DNA of 64,000 nt from Chiloscyllium plagiosum (lineage: Eukaryota), in the NCBI RefSeq assembly GCF_004010195.1, contig NC_057718.1:19482104-19546103 (forward strand), read 5' to 3'. Position numbers and translations under genes: made by a program. The notes beneath the pieces were generated by a model. The model saw only the letters and a program-made list of their open reading frames with translations. It was not told the origin of the DNA and ran no database searches. This document shows positions 23,940-36,232 of the stretch, one piece after another (the first letter of the stretch is position 1; each line of letters starts with the position of its first letter).

Positions 23940-24945
23940 TCGTGAAGCCATAGAGATGTACAGCACGGGAAACAGATTCTTCAGTCCAACTCGTCCATGC
24001 CAGCCCGATATCCGAACTTAATCTAGTCCCATTTGCCAACATTTTGCCGATATCCCTCTGAACCCTTCCTATTCATATACCCATCCAGATGCCTTTTAAA
24101 TGTTGAAATTGTACTAGCCTCCTTCGTCTGGTAGCTCATTCCATACACACACCACCCTCTGCATAAAAATGTTGCCTCTTAGGTCCCTTTTAAATCTTTC
24201 CCCTCTCACCCTAAACCTATGTTCTTTAGTTTTCGACTCTGCTACCCTGGGGAAAAGACTTTATCTATTCACCCTATGTATGCCCCTCATGATTTTATAA
24301 ACCTCTATAAGGTCACCCCTCAGATTCCAATGCCTCAGGTAAAACAGCCCCAGTCTATTCAGCCTCTCCCTATAGCTCAAATCCTCCAACCCTGGCAACA
24401 TCCTTGTAAATCCTTTCTGAGCCCTTTGAGTTTCACAACATCCTTCCTATCGCAGGGAGACTGGACTTGCATACAATACTCCAAAAGTGGTCTAATCAAA
24501 GTCCTATATAGCTGCAACATGACCTCCTAACTCCTATACTCAATGCACTGACCAAAAAGGCAAGCAAACCGAACGCTTTCTTCACTATCCTATCCACCTA
24601 CAACTCTACTTTCAAGAAACTATGAACCTGCACCTACATCCATCTATCGTCATCCCACGCCCCTCCCTGAATATACTTCTGGGCTCCCTCCCCCTCCCCA
24701 GTCCTGATGAAGGGTTTTGGCCTCAAATGTTGACTCTTCTGCTCCTGAGATGCTGTCTGACCTGCTATGCTTTTCCAGTTTCACATCTATTGACTCTGAT
24801 TTCCAGCATCTGCATTCCTGGCTCTCTCCAAGCTCCTGCACTCCAAAGTCTCTGTGCTCAACAACACTCCCCAGGACCTTACCATCAAATGTATAAGTCT
24901 GCCCTGATTTGCCTTTCCAAAATGCAGCACCTCACATTTACGTCT
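23940..24945 (-). mobile_element. CR1 LINE 3' portion, interrupted by a Penelope fragment
   Basis: It is the reverse complement of the family at 1372-1846 (catagagatgtacagcacggga...) and extends to the RT motif KCEVLHFGKAN. Confidence 0.9.
24637..24829 (+). mobile_element. Penelope-derived terminal fragment with degenerate hammerhead-like motif
   Basis: It contains cctgatgaagggttttggcctcaaatgttga followed by the family tail. The sequence cctgcac occurs on both sides within the host CR1. Confidence 0.7.
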
Positions 24946-25842
24946 TGGGCAAAGAAAAACATCTTCACTCTTTCTAGACTGATCATCAGAAATGGTGTCA
25001 GATTTCACAATACAAGCAGTGATCTTTTTCGGAAAAGGGTGATCTTCCTGTCAATCACAAGAGGGAATCTATGAACATTCAACTGGAGTTACAAAGACAA
25101 TGAGATTATGACTGAATTATCTGTGAACCAATATAATTGAATTATGTGACAGTACAACATTTCTGATTGAGAACAGAAACAGCCACACAGTTCTCAATTT
25201 CTCATTATGACAAGTTCCCTATCTTGGTCATGTCTGCAGACAGACTGGAGGTTACATCAGTTTCCAGAGAGAACAACCAGGTTAACTTGCAGTTTTGGTC
25301 ATCTAGTTACATGAACAAGGGGTGCCTAATCTAGCATTACTGGCATTTGAGGACTGGTCAGGTAACAAGAAATAGAGACTCCATGACTCGATCTGTATGT
25401 ATTTACAGAAAATGACTTGCATGAACGGACTAAATGCATGGTTGCTAAATTTGCTGACAATGCAAAGATATGTGAGAATAAGTTGTGAAGGGGACATAAC
25501 AAGTATGTAAAGGGATACGTATGTATTAAGTTAAGTGACTAAGCAAAGATTTGGCAGTATAATGGGGAAAATCTGGGCTTGTCCAGTTTGGCAGAAAGAA
25601 TAGAAGAGGAGGTTATAATTTAAATGGAGAGAGACTGAAATACAGAGGCAATTTATGTACCCTGGTACATGAATCCCAAAATAGGATACAGGTAAGCAAA
25701 CTATTCGGAAAGAAGATGTCATTTATTGCAAAGGGAATGAAATTTTAAAATGGAGAAGCCTTGCTACAACTCCCTTCTCTCTCTATAAATCAATCTCTTA
25801 CAGGACAGTGCATTGGTGAGATCACATCTGGAATACTGTGTA

Positions 25843-26033
25843 CAGATAGTTCTTCTGTAATGCAATAGTTGTGTGCTTATAGAAAAACCACGCTTAATGT
25901 GTTGCCAATGTGATTGCATTACAGCCAACACGCCTTTTAAAAGTTTGCACTTTAGAAAAAAGTGTCCCCAATTCGTCAATCGTGTTACAGCGAATTCACT
26001 TTAATAAAATGTGTGTTATAGCAGAATGACCTG
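25843..26033. mobile_element. Probable Tc1/mariner-pogo type MITE (191 bp)
   Basis: TA is duplicated on both sides (25841-25842, 26034-26035). The imperfect TIRs are cagatagttcttctgtaatgca and caggtcattctgctataacaca (15/22 identical). Removing it restores the CR1 sequence. Confidence 0.6.
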
Positions 26034-26042
26034 TACAGTTTT

Positions 26043-26212
26043 TAGATTAGATTAGATTCCCTACAGTGTGGAAACAGGCCCTTCGGCCCAACCAGTCCAC
26101 ACCAACCCTCCAAAGAGTAACCCACCCAGACCCATTTCCCTCTGACTAATGCACCTAACACTATGGGCAATTTAGCATGCCCAATTCACCTGACCTGCAT
26201 ATCTTTGGACTG
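26043..26212 (-). mobile_element. 5'-truncated HE1-like SINE
   Basis: It has a (ttaga)n tail and a 3' half matching 27594-27760. Confidence 0.85.
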
Positions 26213-26849
26213 TTTGGTCTCCTTATTTAATAAATTATGTATTTGCATTAGAAAGTGGACAGAGAAGATTCACTTGACTGACTCCTGGGAAGAAGGGGTT
26301 GTCTTGTGAGGAAAGGTTAGACAGATTGAGTCTGTATCCATTGAAGTTGAGAAGAACAAGTGGTGTTCTTTCTGATGTGACTTGATAGGGTGGATGCTGA
26401 AAGGATGTTTACCCTTGTGAAAGTAAGGGACGCTATTTAGAAATGAAGGGTCTCTCATTTCAAACAAAGCGAGTCTAATTCTGTTGGCAGGTTATTAATC
26501 TAGAACTCTCTTTCCCAGTGGAGGCAGGGGCATTGAATATTATTAAGGCTGAGTTAGATAGATTCTTGACTGGTGAGGGAGTTAAGAGGTATGGGGTAGA
26601 TAGGAGAGTGGAGGCCACAATCAGATCAGCCATGTTCTTATCAAATGGCAGAACAGACTCAGCGAGCCAAATAATGTACTCCTGCCCCTAACTCATATCT
26701 CTTGTGATTCCCACAAAGCAACATCAGTACAAGAATCAAACCAACACCTTTGGTTTTGCTTTGTCAATACATCTTTCTTGGGCACAAAAAGAGAGCTTGT
26801 TTGAAGCATTCCTGACCAACCTGTAGTATCTAAGGTGTTGGCTGGTGAC

Positions 26850-27240
26850 TTACCTCGGCTTGAACTCAGAAGGTTATGATTTCAAGTCACACTGTAGCCT
26901 TAAAGTCAGAGTGATTTTCTAGTGGTCACACAATAGAGTGCTGGAGTACCAATGGAATACCACATTTCATATGAACCAAAGGCTCACCTCCCCTCTGAGG
27001 TGCATGCAACAGATACTGTTGCCACTCTTTTCAAAGAAGAGAATGGATGCCAACAATGGGGTTGTGTGAAATAGTTATGCCTTGACCATCTCTGAAAAAC
27101 TGATTATGCAGCTCTCTGCTCTTTTGTGACCTTCCAGTGTGCAAACTAGCAACTCCCTTTTTCTCCATTCTAAGGGACTATACTTTGAAAATACCTCAGT
27201 GGTTGTGGAGCATTCTAGGGCACTGTGTAAATCCATGTCT
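26850..27240 (+). mobile_element. Deu-domain SINE, degenerate
   Basis: It has the ctcagaaggttatgatttcaagtc head and the tgaggtgcatgcaacagat...gaagagaatgg core. Confidence 0.55.
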
Positions 27241-27280
27241 ACTATTCAACCCTCTGACAGCCAGACAATAACGAAGCAGT

Positions 27281-27573
27281 GCAGCACAATGGCTCAGTGG
27301 TTAGCACTGCTGCCTCACAGTGCCAGGGACCTGGGTTCGTTTCCAGCCTCAGGCATCTTGTCTGTGTGGAGTTTGCACATTCTTCCTGTGTCTCTATGGG
27401 TTTCCTCCCACAATCCAAAGATGTGCAGGTCAGGTGAATTGGCCATGCTAAATTGCTCAATATGCTCGGTGCATTAGTCAGAGGGAAATGGGTCTGGGTG
27501 GGTCACTCTTCAGAGGGTCGGTGTGGACTTGTTGGGCCAAAGGGCCTGTTTCCACACTGTAGGGAATCTAATC
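27281..27573 (+). mobile_element. HE1-like V-SINE
   Basis: It has the tRNA-like head, the central domain and the gggccaaagggcctgtttccacactgtagggaatctaatc 3' end shared with CR1. Confidence 0.92.
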
Positions 27574-27593
27574 AGTGGTTACAGGAACGGCTT

Positions 27594-27901
27594 TTAGATT
27601 CCCTACAGTGTGGAAAGGCCCTTCAGTCCAAACAGTCCACACCAATCCTCAGAAAAGTAGCCCACCCGGACCCATTTCCCCTCTAACTAATGCACCTAAC
27701 ACTATGGGCAATTTAGCATGGCCAATTCACCTGACCTGCCCATCTTTGGACTGTGGGAGGAAACCGGAGCACCCGCAGGAAACCCATGCAGACACAGGGC
27801 GAACATGCATACTCCACATAGACAGTCGTAAAGGCTGGAATAAAACCTGGGACCACGGTGCTGTGAGGCAGCAGTGTTAACCACTGAGCCACCGTGCCAC
27901 C
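27594..27901 (-). mobile_element. HE1-like V-SINE (inverted, tail-to-tail with the preceding copy)
   Basis: It is a full-length reverse-complement copy starting about 20 nt after the plus-strand copy. Confidence 0.92.
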
Positions 27902-28718
27902 CTTAATTGGACAGTTTTCACTTTGATGTATCTCTCAGTAAACATTTTGGCAAATATTCATCCCAAAATATCTGGTAGCTGTAGCGTCACAACTCAATGG
28001 GATCAGAGTTCCCCTAACACTGTGTGATGGCTGCACCCTGGTCAGATACACAAGCTTGATGGCTCAGTGGGTAAGTCAACAGAGAGGGTGTGGCAACCAG
28101 AAGGTCCCAAGTCTTGGCTTGCATGAGCAGATCTTTGCAAGGGAAGGACTGGCACATTATAACTGGGCTTTAGTGGGTGGAGGAATGAGAGAAAACTGCC
28201 ACAGATTGCTACCTCATTTTTATGATCAGGCTTGGTTTCATCTCAACGCACCAACGTGAGTTACTTTTGGAATGCACTAACCATCATGTCAATTGATTTT
28301 GACTGCACTTATTTCATTGATTCTTTCATGGGATGTGACATCACTGGCAAAGGAAGGCCACCACTTGCTGCCCATTGTTACCTGCCCTTGAATTGTGTGG
28401 CTTGCTAGGCCACTTCACAAGGGCAGATCAGAATCAACCGCATTGCCATGGCTCTGAAGTGAACGTCAACCAGATTGAGCAAAGATGGTAGACTTCCTTC
28501 ACTAAATGGGCTTTGAAAACAATGACCAACTTCCAATTCCGGATGCTCCAAGCTGAATTTAAAATTTCACCAGGTGCCTTGGAACACTTGTCCCCAGAGA
28601 ATTAGCCTGGCCCTCTGGATTCCTACTCTAGTGATACTGTGTCACTATCTCCCCCCATTTCAGATTTGTCCAGCATTACCATCAGCTCAGATCAAGATTT
28701 GTAGCAATGCAGCCTGCA

Positions 28719-28836
28719 GGGGCCCGTTGTAGCACAATGGTAGTAACCCTTCCCCCTAGACTGAGCGACCCAGGTTCAAATCCTGTCTGGTCCAGAGGTG
28801 TGCAATAACATCTGTGAACAGGTTGATTAGAAAATA
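28719..28836 (+). mobile_element. Single tRNA-derived SINE monomer, same family as the 3479-3946 array
   Basis: It reads gggcccgttgtagcacaatggtag...ccaggttcaaatcc...ccagaggtgtgcaataacatctgtgaacaggttgattagaaaa. Confidence 0.75.
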
Positions 28837-29229
28837 GGTTTTAAATAATAATAAAAATGTAGCTATGCAGTGGTAAATAGATAATACACTGAACCTGCTG
28901 ATGCAAGGCACCAAACCTCAATCAGTGTCCAAATGAGCTCGCATTCAGTTTATTAGTCAAGCACAGCATTGGTGTCCACTTCAAAATACTGGTTCTTCTT
29001 GAAAGAGCAGTCTATTGAAATATATTGTTTGTGCGTCAGGAATAGTCACTTGGGCAAGATACTGAGAGAGCTGCTGATTCACAGGATGGAATGGATGGGG
29101 AGAGTATTTAACACAGAAGTAATCAAGCTTCCAATACAAAGTGGGAGGATGGGAATTGCATTTTTAAGCACAGAATTGTGTATATTGTAATAAATATCCA
29201 GACTGGGATGAGTTTCAAATAATCATCTT

Positions 29230-29425
29230 CCACAGAATGTATATAGTAGAAGCAGATACTATAGCAACATTTAAGAGATATTTAGGCAGCTGCACGAACA
29301 GGCAGGGAATAGGGGGATACAGACCACATGCAGGCATCTGGGATTAGTTTAGAATGGCATCAATGTCAGCTCAGACACAGTGGGCTGAAGGGCCTGTTCC
29401 TGTGCTGTACAGTTCTATCTTCTGT
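29230..29425 (+). mobile_element. CR1 LINE 3' end
   Basis: It ends in gggctgaagggcctgttcctgtgctgtacagttctat, the CR1 3' UTR terminus. Confidence 0.75.
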
Positions 29426-30146
29426 AAACCTCAGTTATTCTAACATCATATAACTCCACTGTTTGTCAAATTATGTTGCAAGACAAACACGTTTTTAAAA
29501 AGGAAAATTTCTGACAAACATTCCATCTGTTGTACCCTAGAATTCAGATTTCCTCGCGAATTGAAGAATGAAGATCTCAACAAAACACAACCTCTGCCAG
29601 AGCAATGTTCCCAATTCCTGGAGGTTAGCAACTGCAGCCAAATAGTACATGAGATAGACACAAGGACTGGAAGGTTGGGATTGTGCTCCTGAGATAACCT
29701 CGCAAAAGGATTAACAGGACATCATAAACAATAATTACAAAGAAATGGATGTTTGTAGCTCGCCTTTGAACCCAGAGATGATAGGTGTGAAATCACTCTG
29801 AGATATCCATTATGTTTGATTGTACTTATTGTGACCCTCAGATACTATTTCATTCAGAGGGAGCTCTTTCTCAACTGCAATTGTCACTGATGCTGCAGAC
29901 CAACGTACACAGTAATATTCACATGGAAAGACCTATGCTTGCAATGTCCTGACTACAGGTTTATTACAGGATGATCAATTGCTAATAAATTGTCAGTAGT
30001 ATCCTTGTGTGTTACAATGTGTTGAACCTTTCAAGTGAAGAGACCCCTGTTGGAGTACATTCCAGATCACTTTTGCCTCTATTTGTTTGTACTATTTTAA
30101 AAGGTCCGTATTTGGAATCTCAGAGAGTCAGAACAGTGAAACTAAC

Positions 30147-30307
30147 CTTGGAACTGGCTCCCAGATGAAGCCTGAGGCAGCGAACTTCCTGCAGCCTGTC
30201 CTCCAGGATAAAACTTCTGGCTGTAATATTTGGGTTTAAATGTGAATTGTTGAGATTGGCCCCGTTGTACAAGCATCATCAGTGGTTGAGATGGAAGGGG
30301 TACCATG
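30147..30307 (-). CDS. LTBP1: LTBP1 long-isoform-specific exon (161 nt), equivalent to the exon just before the NHTGRIKV exon
   Basis: The acceptor is ttgtttttctccctcAG|C ATG GTA (AG at 30309-30308) and the donor is CAAG|GTTAGT (30146-30141). It translates MVPLPSQPLMMLVQRGQSQQFTFKPKYYSQKFYPGGQAAGSSLPQASSGSQFQ, resembling human LTBP1L as recalled (VTPLSSQSVVIHHGQTQEYVLKPKYFPAQK...APFQ). It splices in frame onto 13286. Confidence 0.85.
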
Positions 30308-30994
30308 CTGAGGGAGAAAAACAATTCGAGTAGTCAAACAGAAAAATACCTACAGCACAGTCACTGTGAAATACAACAGCATTTAAACAAGTTACAATTA
30401 AAATAGCTTCTGAAAGTACAATTGATTTATACACCCATAAAATCATAAAATGTTTACCATGCAGAAATACATTCTGTTCACCATGTCTATGCCAGCTCTG
30501 TAAGAGCAAATCTCTGCTTGCCCCAAACCCTGTACTGTCACCCTGAAAATACTCTCTATATAAATCATAACCTCAGTGCCTTTTGAAAGCCTTCACCATT
30601 CTCTCAGGCAATGCATTGCAGCTCAAGTCATATTGTGCTACTCTCGTGTTCCTTCAAACCAGTTGTTATTTAAGTGGGGCATTGGATATTTGATTGGGGT
30701 ACTGCAGAATGGCTAATCTCTGGGGTAACTGTGCATTCAAATTTGAAACACGCACTTGGAAATGTCCTCAATTCACCAGCACAGCTCCAACAGGGGAGCT
30801 GCCTTCAAAGGGGAACACAATTCACACACAATCCATGAACCTACAACAAAGCAATGGAGGATGAATGGAATCAGTCCTATTCACCTCAGAGAAACCACAA
30901 CCCACATCTTATTACTGAGAAAGGAGTCAGAATAAAAGTTAAACTTACTGCTGTGGCAATAGCATTTCCCATTGTTACATTTAAAAAACAATGG

Positions 30995-31270
30995 CACTCA
31001 TTTATATAGCACCTTTCACACCATCGTATGTCCCAAAGCGCTTTTCAGCAAATGAATTACTTTTAAAACATAGCCACAGTTGAAATGTAGGAAATGCAGC
31101 AGTGAATGTGCACACAGTTCAATTCCATAAATGGCAACTTGAGATAAGGTTTTAGTGATGTTCACTGAGAGAAAACATCAGCCAAGGAATAAATTTCCTG
31201 CACTTCTGTGAAATAACATTGTGTGATTTCTTTGCACTGTACTTAACAGACCAGACAATCCCTCGGTATT
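30995..31270 (-). mobile_element. Deu-domain SINE 3' portion
   Basis: The sequence catttatatagcacctttcac...gtcccaaagcgcttt...tgtaggaaatgcagc matches the reverse of the tail of the Deu-SINE copies. Confidence 0.7.
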
Positions 31271-31678
31271 GTCCAGATGGATGCATTCAGGTTGCTGGAG
31301 TGCTGCTCAGATGTGAGAATGCTATTGTTGTGAAACTGTGCCTTACATCAAAAAAGATTTTCTTTGACCTTATTGCTGGACACACCTAATTAAAGATTTA
31401 CAAAAATGTGAAGTCACATTCCAATTACTTTACATCAATCTCAAAGATGGTTGAACATTAGTATCACGGCAGTTTTACATTCTGAGGCCACAGAATTGGA
31501 GGCAATCAGTTTACAAAGCTGCATCAAGAACTTCTATTTTGAAGGATGGTGAATGAGGTCATCTCTTATCCCATGAGCAAAGTAGCTAGACAATCAACTG
31601 GATATAAATCATTGTATCTCATCACTGAGATAATATAACCCTGACTATGACAGGAGTGTGCCTGTATGTAATCTAAAC

Positions 31679-32173
31679 CAACCAACCCAACCGCCCCGTG
31701 GCTGAACACTTTAACTCCCCCTCCCACTCCGCCAAGGACATGCAGGTCCTTGGCCTCCTCCATCGCCAGACCATAGCAACACGACGCCTGGAGGAAGAGC
31801 ACCTCATCTTCAACACCTAGGAATCTTCTAACCACAAGGGATGAATGCAGATTTCTCCAGCTTTCTCATTTCCCCTCCCCCCACCTTTTCTCAGTCCCAA
31901 CCCTCAGACTCAGCACCGCCTTCTTGACCTGCAATCTTCTTCCCGACCTCTCCGCCCCACCCCCTCTCCGACCTACCACCCTCACCTTAACTTCTTTCCA
32001 TCTATCGTATTCCCAACGCCCCTCCCCCAAGTCCCTCCTCCCTACCTTTTATCTTAGCCTGCTTGGCACACCCTCCTCATTCCTGAAGAAGGGCTTATGC
32101 CCGAAACGTCGATTCTCCTGCTCCTTTGATGCTGCCTGACCTGCTGCGCTTTTCCAGCAACACATTTTTAAAC
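31679..32173 (+). mobile_element. 5'-truncated Penelope-like element: GIY-YIG endonuclease C-terminus, 3' region with hammerhead, 12-bp TSD
   Basis: It translates QPNRPVAEHFNSPSHSAKDMQVLGLLHRQTIATRRLEEEHLIF (the VA.HF...H and R...E..LI pattern of PLE GIY-YIG domains). A perfect direct repeat, tgtaatctaaac, lies at 31667-31678 and 32174-32185. Confidence 0.88.
32079..32114 (+). ncRNA. Minimal type I hammerhead ribozyme motif (core intact)
   Basis: It reads AUUC-CUGAAGA-A-GGGC-UUAU-GCCC-GAAA-CG-UC-GAUU, with predicted cleavage after C32110. Stem I is weak (3 of 4 bp) and stem III is replaced by palindromic ACGU. Confidence 0.6.
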
Positions 32174-35100
32174 TGTAATCTAAACATGTAAGCCAGGCAA
32201 TTAGAATTTACTACTCATGACCACACTTGGGTGACTGGGCAATTGGAGGGAGAGACTGACTTGTAATAAGCCACTTAGCACTTTATGTACTTAACCAATT
32301 TCTCTTCTGCAGGGGATAGGAGACATGCAAATAAGATGCTGGAGAAGCAAGGTCCTAAGTGGATCCTCTTTCTCTTTCTCCACTCAAGTCACAGGTTTTG
32401 AGCCCTGTTTGCTATTTAACTGGGTATGTGCTGCAGGCAGAGAGCAAAGAATCAACCTAGCAGCTGCTGTCTCAGGAAGATGTGATGAATCAACTTTCAA
32501 CATCTTCACCAGCTCAGCGCCAAACCCAAGTTCAGCCTGAAGCCAGCCAAGCCACCAACCTTCAAGAACCATAAACTTCTTTAACATTACTGGAAAACAC
32601 ATTGCTTAATCTAACCGCTTACTCTGTAATCTGTGTACGTGTGTGTGTGTATATATATGTGTGTGTGTAATTTGACATTTTTTACACTTTACTTAGACTG
32701 GTTAAGTACAATGAATGCTATTCTGTTTTTTGTTAAATAACTGAACTGTTGGTGTGTGTCTTTTACAGTCACAGCATTGTAGCTGTTAAATTATCATCGA
32801 ACTGGCAAGCACAATCTCTTTTTTAACAAAGAAAAGTGCAGTTAAGTAAAGAGTGGGAAGAGAGAAAAACCATTTTACCCCTTCTCACTTGATCATAATG
32901 GCTCCCTACCAATCACCAGCTGACACTGGGGGATCTAGTGAGTCTCAACAGCAGCAGTTTGCAAGAGATACAATCAGTGGTAGGTTGTAGGGGCATGGAG
33001 AAACAGTAGAAAGGAAGTGATGGTGGCAATACATTTGGGTTATTAAAACTGCCCTGGATTACTGCCTCAGAAATTACAAAGAAACCCACCAGAGCCAGCA
33101 GGATCTTTTGCAGCAGATCCATGTCACTGGGACTCTCAAGGAGGTGAAATAATGCAATATCAGACAGGATCAGGTGTCATTCCAGACTCAGTTAAAATAA
33201 CTTGCCACTACATCCCCTGACTCTGCCCACTCGCCATGAGGCAGTTTAGCCATTGGCTTCCCAGACCTACCAATTTGGCGTACAGACCATGGAGCAGTTT
33301 GCCATGCCCGGCCAGCATGTTGGTGTGCTGCCATGTTGCCTCCTGTGCCCTAGTCTCAGGGAGGCAGCCTCAGAGACTGGGCCAGCACTTGCCCACCTGC
33401 CAGTGAGCAGTAACCAATCACAGTGCTCACTGAGAGCACTCTTTAGCAGCCACCTGGGTTTCCCACAAATGCATACGTTGTGACACAGTGAGCAGCACCA
33501 CCCCCTCCTCTGTGTCACAGGGTTCTCGTTTCAAAGCTCACCCCAAAACGGGAGCACAAAGAAGCAAGGTTAACATGCCAGTGCAGGACTGAGGGTGTCT
33601 GCTCTCTCAGATAGGCATAACAACCCCACAGCTCTCGTTGGAGGTGTGGTTAGCTCAGTTGGCTGGATGGCTGGTTTGTGATGCCAACACCATGGGCTCA
33701 ATTCCCGTACTTTCCGAGGTCATCAAGAAGGTCCTGGCTTCCCTTGCTGGAGGCGGGCAGCCCTCATGGTTCAGCCCCAGTTGGCTCTCCTTTTCTCGCT
33801 GTGATGAGGGAGGTGTCTATGTTGGATTTCCATACTCACTGCCCATCCTCCACAGAAGGCTAGTAACCTCCCATCAGTGGGGACTGAGACACACCCGTCA
33901 AAGCAGCCCACTATGGGGTTCACTGGGTTGTTGGCCTCATTTTCTCCAGTCACAAGCCGGATATCCACTCCTCCCCTTCCCAAATCTCCCTCCCCATCCC
34001 AACGCAGAGATGACCTGGCAGCTGTGGCCGAAATGTACTTTGTTGAAATTCCAACTGTCCAGAGGATGTCTGTCTCTCCCTGTATTGCCAACCGTCAGGA
34101 TGGTACAGGTCACTTGACATCGTGGAGAGAAGGTCACCTCGGGAAAGAGTCCACCTGCAGACTGGGTTCTGGCACATGAGGCACTCAGACACCCACTTGG
34201 TCCTCACAGCATGCTTACAAAGCCCGGGAGAAAATCCAGATTTGAGGTTAAAATCTCCTGAACATGGCCCCTTTTCCCCAAAGTGAATGGCATCAAAGGT
34301 CACCTGCTTGAAGACTGGGCCTCAATTAAACCTGAGGCTAATGTATGATGCTTATGGGTTATACTTTGTACCTCAGAGAGAAACAGCACCATTATAAACA
34401 GACCACTTATGGCACAAAGAACAATTGTGCATTAATGGGTATGCTCACATTAATGTTAAATAAAAACCTCCACCTGACTTCCATCATTTTTACTACTCGT
34501 CTTGTGTGATACAAACAATATCTAAGGATCTGTGGAGTATGGCTGTATCCTTACCTAATTTATTCATAAACTGTCATCCCAGCCCTGTATCCATGTGCAA
34601 ATTGTAGCTCATTCCTTTTATACCAATGCTGTTTGCCACCAGTATTGATCTAACACATTAAGAAGATTTACAAATACAATCTATAATAAATGCAGCTTCC
34701 ACTTTGAATAGATTCAGCCAGACCTAATCATCTTTAACAAAAGACAGGCAGCTGGGTTTTCTGGACACAGAGAAATCCCAGACACAGAAACCCAGAAAGG
34801 GAGAGGGATGACACTGCAGCTGGGAAAAGCAGTGGGAAGATGGATTAAAGTAGCCGCTGTGCAGGATGCAGAGGAGAACTGATTTTCTGTTTGATGGGAG
34901 AGGATTAAGATCGAAGGTTCAAACTGTCATTGGAGAGGGCCTTGATGTGAGAAGTTAGTTTCAAGATACTCAGACGACTAGGTGAAGCTGCTTTCAAAGG
35001 TGCTGGGAAAAGAGAGCTTACTTGAAATCCATGAAGCGTTTCAAACCGAATTATCAAAGCTACATATTTTGTGTCCAAGGTTTGTACCTACTTTGTACCA

Positions 35101-35476
35101 AAGATGGCACCATGAGGGGCCACATTTTCACTGGACTCCTGTACTTCCTGTATACATGATAATAAACCTAATCCTAACTCTAACACACAAATGTATCGTA
35201 AAGTATCTTCAGTTCGAGAAAGTATGTTTTCTACACTTTGGTGTGTCCTTTGCCAGTTGAGTTTGTTTAGTCTATGTTGATTTTAGTTTAATTGTTAAAA
35301 TCTTGCATATGTTGTACATCTCAGCTTATATGTGCATCATTTGAAACATGCAATGTTTATAACTAGTGAGAATGTGACATGACCTGACAACATTTTTAAA
35401 ATTTATTACAGTGTGTTTTGTGTTTGAGATAAATGCTTGCATACATGTGTACACTGACACACACAAGTAGGGATAA

Positions 35477-35819
35477 TCATAGAATCCCTACAGTGTCGAA
35501 ACAGGTCATGTGGCCCAACAAGTCCATACTGAGCCTCTGAAGAGTAACCCACTCAGACCAATTCCCCGATCTTATTACTCTACATTTACCCCTGAATAAT
35601 GTACCTAACCTACACATCCCTGAACAATTTAGCATGGCCAGTTCATCTAACCTGTATATCTTTGGATTGTAGGAGGAAACTAGAGCACCAGGAGGAAACC
35701 CACGCAGACACGGGGAGAATGTGCAAACTCCACACTGACAGTCGCCTGAGGCTGGAATTGAACCGGGGTCCCTGGTGCTGTAAGGCAGCAGTGCTAACCA
35801 CTGAGCCACCATGCCACCC
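35477..35819 (-). mobile_element. HE1-like V-SINE, full length
   Basis: The tRNA-like head is at 35819-35740, followed by the central domain and a CR1-like tail ending catagaatccctacag. Confidence 0.92.
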
Positions 35820-35884
35820 CAAAAGAAAAGCAATCACAGAAGAAAACCAAGAGTTAAACATGAAATTCAAAATGTCGAAGAAAT

Positions 35885-36232
35885 AAAGACTTGCATTTAT
35901 AAGGTCGTGTCCGTGGCCTTTAGTCAATGAAGAAATGTGTTTGAAGTTTAGTCACTATTGTGAGAAATATAGCAAATACTTACTGCCCACAAAGTTCCCA
36001 TAAACCACAATGTGTCAATGAGCAGATAAATCTGTTTTTTTGGTGTTGATTGAGGAATAAATATTGGCCAGGAAACCATGGATAAACCCCGTGCTCTTAT
36101 TTGAAACAGTGCCAGAGGATCATTTGTATCCAATTGTGGGGGCAGATTGGACTTTAGCTTCATTTCTCTTCCAAAGGATAGTACCTCTCAACAGAGCAGC
36201 ACTCCCTCGTAGTGCACTGAAGTGGCAGCCTG
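35885..36232 (-). mobile_element. Deu-domain SINE (best-preserved copy in the window)
   Basis: It reads aaagacttgcatttata...tgttgattgaggaataaatattggccagga...ctcttatttgaaacagtgcca...cagagcagcactccctc, the reverse of the SacSINE1/AmnSINE-type consensus as recalled. Confidence 0.75.

Larger units (their letters stand above)
25310..26700 (+). mobile_element. CR1 LINE fragment carrying a MITE and a SINE insertion
   Basis: It has gttgctaaatttgctgacaatgcaaag (degenerate KFADDTK). The sequence catctggaatactgtgtacagttt...tggtctcctta is restored when the inserts are removed, and the 3' UTR lies near 26620-26690. Confidence 0.8.
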
